Shown here piece after piece: positions 61,165 through 64,000 of a stretch of DNA of 64,000 nucleotides. Within the stretch, counting starts at the first letter, position 1; each line of letters begins with the position of its first letter. Position numbers and translations under genes: made by a program. The stretch is from Oceanispirochaeta sp. (GTDB lineage Bacteria > Spirochaetota > Spirochaetia > DSM-2461): assembly GCA_963666275.2 (NCBI GenBank), contig CAXXOA010000001.1, forward strand, positions 1,024,001 to 1,088,000, written 5' to 3'. The notes under the pieces were generated by a model. It had not been told where the DNA came from. It saw only the letters and a program-made list of their open reading frames with translations, and made no database searches.

Positions 61165-61531
61165 AATACATAAAGATATTTTTAAATATTTACAATTTAT
61201 GGAAATAAATGATTTTAAAAAAGAAATTCGTCTCTATTGCTTCTCAAAGGATACGATCTCCTGGCCGCTTGTTCCCCCCAGAGAGGCCGCAATGTGTCAA
61301 ATTGACCCTAACAAGGGAAAATCTGCCGATTCGGATGTATCATTTTTGCTGATACCAGGGAAATCCGGAGGGAGTTCTGTCTGAGAACGGGGATATGACT
61401 CCCCTGAAACAGGTCTGTTGCCCGCCGCTGAGGTTCCGGGAATCCTGAAAAACGGATTTTTTTTTAAAAGAGTGACCCCCGGAGCTTTATCCTATTAACG
61501 GTTTTTCAGTTTTTTTATATTATAGGGCATT

Positions 61532-62146
61532 ATGAAATACCAGGTAAAACAGGATATGCACATTCACACCGTCTACTCTTCAGGCGATCGAGCTGTGGTT
61601 CCCCAGCAGACCATGTCTCTTATTGATGAAATCGATCATGCGGAAATCCGGGGGATCAGTGATCATTTCGAGTATCTGGAGGGGCCGGTGTTCGAAACCT
61701 ACAGGGAGGAAGCCCACTCCCTGGGATTTTACTGCGGCTGTGAAGTCAATGACAGCAGCGACGCCATCAGAGCGACAGAATATCCCTTCGACTACTACAT
61801 CTATCATTGCAGAGACACTCTGTCGGAATACAACGGAGCGGAAATCCTTCTCAATACAGGTAAGCCCGTTATTATCTCCCATCCCATTGCCATCGGAGCG
61901 GATCTGAAGAAGGTGCCCACTGACTGTCTGATCGAGCTGAACAACCGCTATATCTGGAAGGCCGATTACATGAGTTATTTTACGCCCTTTCTGGAGCGTT
62001 TTCAGTTTGTCATCGGGTCGGATGCCCATCAGCCGAACTGGCTGAATCAGGTTGTGGCCCGCCATGCGGCGGAAAAGCTGGGGATCCGGGAAACTCTTGT
62101 TTTCCCCGGGCGTTACGGCAGCGAAGCCATATTGAAAAGGGCCTGA
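61532..62146 (+). CDS. PHP-domain protein
   Basis: DMHIHT, ISDH, SHP, GSDAH. Confidence 0.85.
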   Translation: MKYQVKQDMHIHTVYSSGDRAVVPQQTMSLIDEIDHAEIRGISDHFEYLEGPVFETYREEAHSLGFYCGCEVNDSSDAIRATEYPFDYYIYHCRDTLSEYNGAEILLNTGKPVIISHPIAIGADLKKVPTDCLIELNNRYIWKADYMSYFTPFLERFQFVIGSDAHQPNWLNQVVARHAAEKLGIRETLVFPGRYGSEAILKRA

Positions 62147-62233
62147 AACCCCTTCTATTCACAAACACCCAGCCTTTGAATATAATTTATCTATAAGGGA
62201 AGACTCTCCGCTTAAGGGGAGAAGGAGCAGGGA

Positions 62234-63526
62234 ATGAGCATCAGAGAAAGGGCTATAGAAGCCAGAAAAGCATCTCTCAGGCTGGCGGCACTGGACGGAC
62301 AGACCAAGAACCGGGCCCTGGAAAGTATGGCAAAGGGACTGGAGGACCGGAAGGACGAGATTATCCGGGCCAACAGAGAAGACTATGAACGAAGTGAAAA
62401 AGAGAATGTCCCCGCTCCTCTTCTGAAAAGGCTTAAATTCGAAGGCGACAAGATTACGCAGGTCATTGAAGGGATCCTCAGTCTCAGGGATCTGGATGAA
62501 CCCGTAGGGCAGACCCTTCTGGCCACAGAGCTGGACGATGACCTTGAACTGTACAGGATCAGCTGTCCTATCGGGGTGGTGGGGATCATATTCGAATCCC
62601 GTCCGGATGCTCTGGTTCAGATCTCCTCTCTCTGCCTGAAGAGCGGCAATGCCCTCCTGCTGAAGGGGGGATCCGAAGCGGCTCGGACAAACCGAATCCT
62701 TGCGGAGATCATCAGCCGGGCGACGGTTGATGCGGGAATTCCCGAGGGCTGGATTCAGCTTGTGGAAACCCGCTCCGATGTGAACGAGATGTTCAAGCTG
62801 AGTGAACAGATCGACCTGCTGATCCCCAGGGGCTCCAATGCCTTTGTCAAATATATCATGGACAATTCCAGCATCCCCGTGCTGGGGCATTCGGACGGCG
62901 TCTGCCATATCTTTGTGCATAAAGATGCGGATCCTGAAAAAGTGGTTCCCATCGTGGTGGATTCCAAAACCCAGTATGTTGCTGCCTGCAACACTCTGGA
63001 AACACTCCTTGTCCATAAGGATTCGATCTCTCTTCTGCCGGCCATAAGGAAGGCTCTGGAGGAAAAGAACGTAGAGCTCTGCGGTTGTGAAAGAACAAGA
63101 GAGGTGATTGATATTGCTCCGGCCGGTGAAGAAGACTGGTCAACCGAGTATGTGGACTATAAACTCTCCATCAGGGTCGTCGATTCCATGGAGGAGGCGG
63201 TCCAGCATATCAATACCTACGGTTCCAGGCACACCGATGCCATCCTGACGGAAAACCGGGAGGATGCGGCTTTCTTTATGGATCAGGTCGATGCCGCCAG
63301 TGTCTTCTGGAACTGTTCCACCAGGTTCAGCGACGGTTTCCGTTACGGATTCGGGGCGGAAATCGGAATCAGTACCAGTAAAATCCATGCCAGAGGTCCT
63401 GTAGGGCTGGAGGGACTCCTGATCTACAAGTACAAAGTTCTGGGAAACGGTCAGACCGTTGCCATGTACAGCAGCAGGGAAAAAACCTTCAAGCACAATC
63501 CTCTGAACAGGGATTGTCCCCTTTAA
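62234..63526 (+). CDS. proA: Gamma-glutamyl phosphate reductase
   Basis: IFESRP, CLKSGN, ACNTLETLL, STRFSDG, KIHARGPVGL. Confidence 0.95.
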   Translation: MSIRERAIEARKASLRLAALDGQTKNRALESMAKGLEDRKDEIIRANREDYERSEKENVPAPLLKRLKFEGDKITQVIEGILSLRDLDEPVGQTLLATELDDDLELYRISCPIGVVGIIFESRPDALVQISSLCLKSGNALLLKGGSEAARTNRILAEIISRATVDAGIPEGWIQLVETRSDVNEMFKLSEQIDLLIPRGSNAFVKYIMDNSSIPVLGHSDGVCHIFVHKDADPEKVVPIVVDSKTQYVAACNTLETLLVHKDSISLLPAIRKALEEKNVELCGCERTREVIDIAPAGEEDWSTEYVDYKLSIRVVDSMEEAVQHINTYGSRHTDAILTENREDAAFFMDQVDAASVFWNCSTRFSDGFRYGFGAEIGISTSKIHARGPVGLEGLLIYKYKVLGNGQTVAMYSSREKTFKHNPLNRDCPL

Positions 63527-63741
63527 ACCGTATTTTTATTCAAAAATCAGGGGTACATCTGCAGGAAAAGGGAATGTCCTGTCTCATTATGAAAAATGAT
63601 TTTCCTTTTCCTCCCGCCCTTGGTATAATAATTGGACATCAGAAAGAGACGATTTCACTATAAAGGGTGGATTCTCACTATCCCCCTCAAGACCCGCCGC
63701 CCGGATAGAGTTCAGAATCCGGGAATATGAAGGAGAACAGC

Positions 63742-64000
63742 ATGAACAGTAAACCCTGGGATTTTCTGGATGAATATAAAGGAACTTTTTTCAAAGGGGA
63801 GTGGCCGACACTGCCGGAAGTATTGAAAATAACCGTGGACCGGTATCCTAAAAGAAGAGCTTTTACAGCTTTTTCACCTGCCCTCCTTGAGTTCAATTAC
63901 AGCGAGGTCCTGGAAAAATCGGAAATGCTCGGTCAGTATCTTCACTCCCTGGGTGTGAAGAAGGGAGACCGGGTAGGGGTTACAGGCAAGAACTCTCCCG
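63742..64000 (+). CDS. AMP-dependent (long-chain fatty acid-CoA) ligase, 5' part
   Basis: Manual translation MNSKPW..WPTLPE..LGVKKGDRVGVTGKNSP; AAGGAG RBS; runs off the window. Confidence 0.75.
   Translation, partial: MNSKPWDFLDEYKGTFFKGEWPTLPEVLKITVDRYPKRRAFTAFSPALLEFNYSEVLEKSEMLGQYLHSLGVKKGDRVGVTGKNSP

Overview
Bacterial chromosomal window. Flanking genes are moderately GC-rich, and gene content suggests a free-living spirochaete (inference). The centre (about 8.3-40.7 kb) is a complete integron: a long IntI (39487-40710, +), an attI next to it, and 11 AT-rich cassette units on the - strand running down to a tRNA-Tyr/tRNA-Thr pair. Cassette limits could be read directly, because each cassette's leading GTT box matches the inverse box at its own 3' end. 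Nine of the 11 cassette junctions carry a class C group II intron, or a remnant of one, inserted antisense into the attC R'' box. These are five near-identical full-span copies of one intron, an IS3-truncated sixth copy, one copy of a second intron species, and two 3' remnants. The cassettes are rich in predicted defence/toxin functions (two HEPN-motif proteins, PD-(D/E)XK + DUF4365, DUF6119-like, Fic, AAA ATPase, TA pair). Three observations stand out: (1) a cassette encoding a contractile-injection-system tail-tube protein fused to an M23 peptidase, coupled to a secreted putative immunity protein; (2) a ~42-bp structured mini-element seen only inside the introns, including an in-frame 14-aa insert in the RT; (3) two intron species hitting different registers of the attC GTT box, each matching its own candidate EBS1. 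Flanks are ordinary: an amber-interrupted GGDEF gene, MCPs, RecQ, an Opp ABC transporter, a histidine kinase, ugd, methyltransferases, HD-GYP, Hsp20 and proA.
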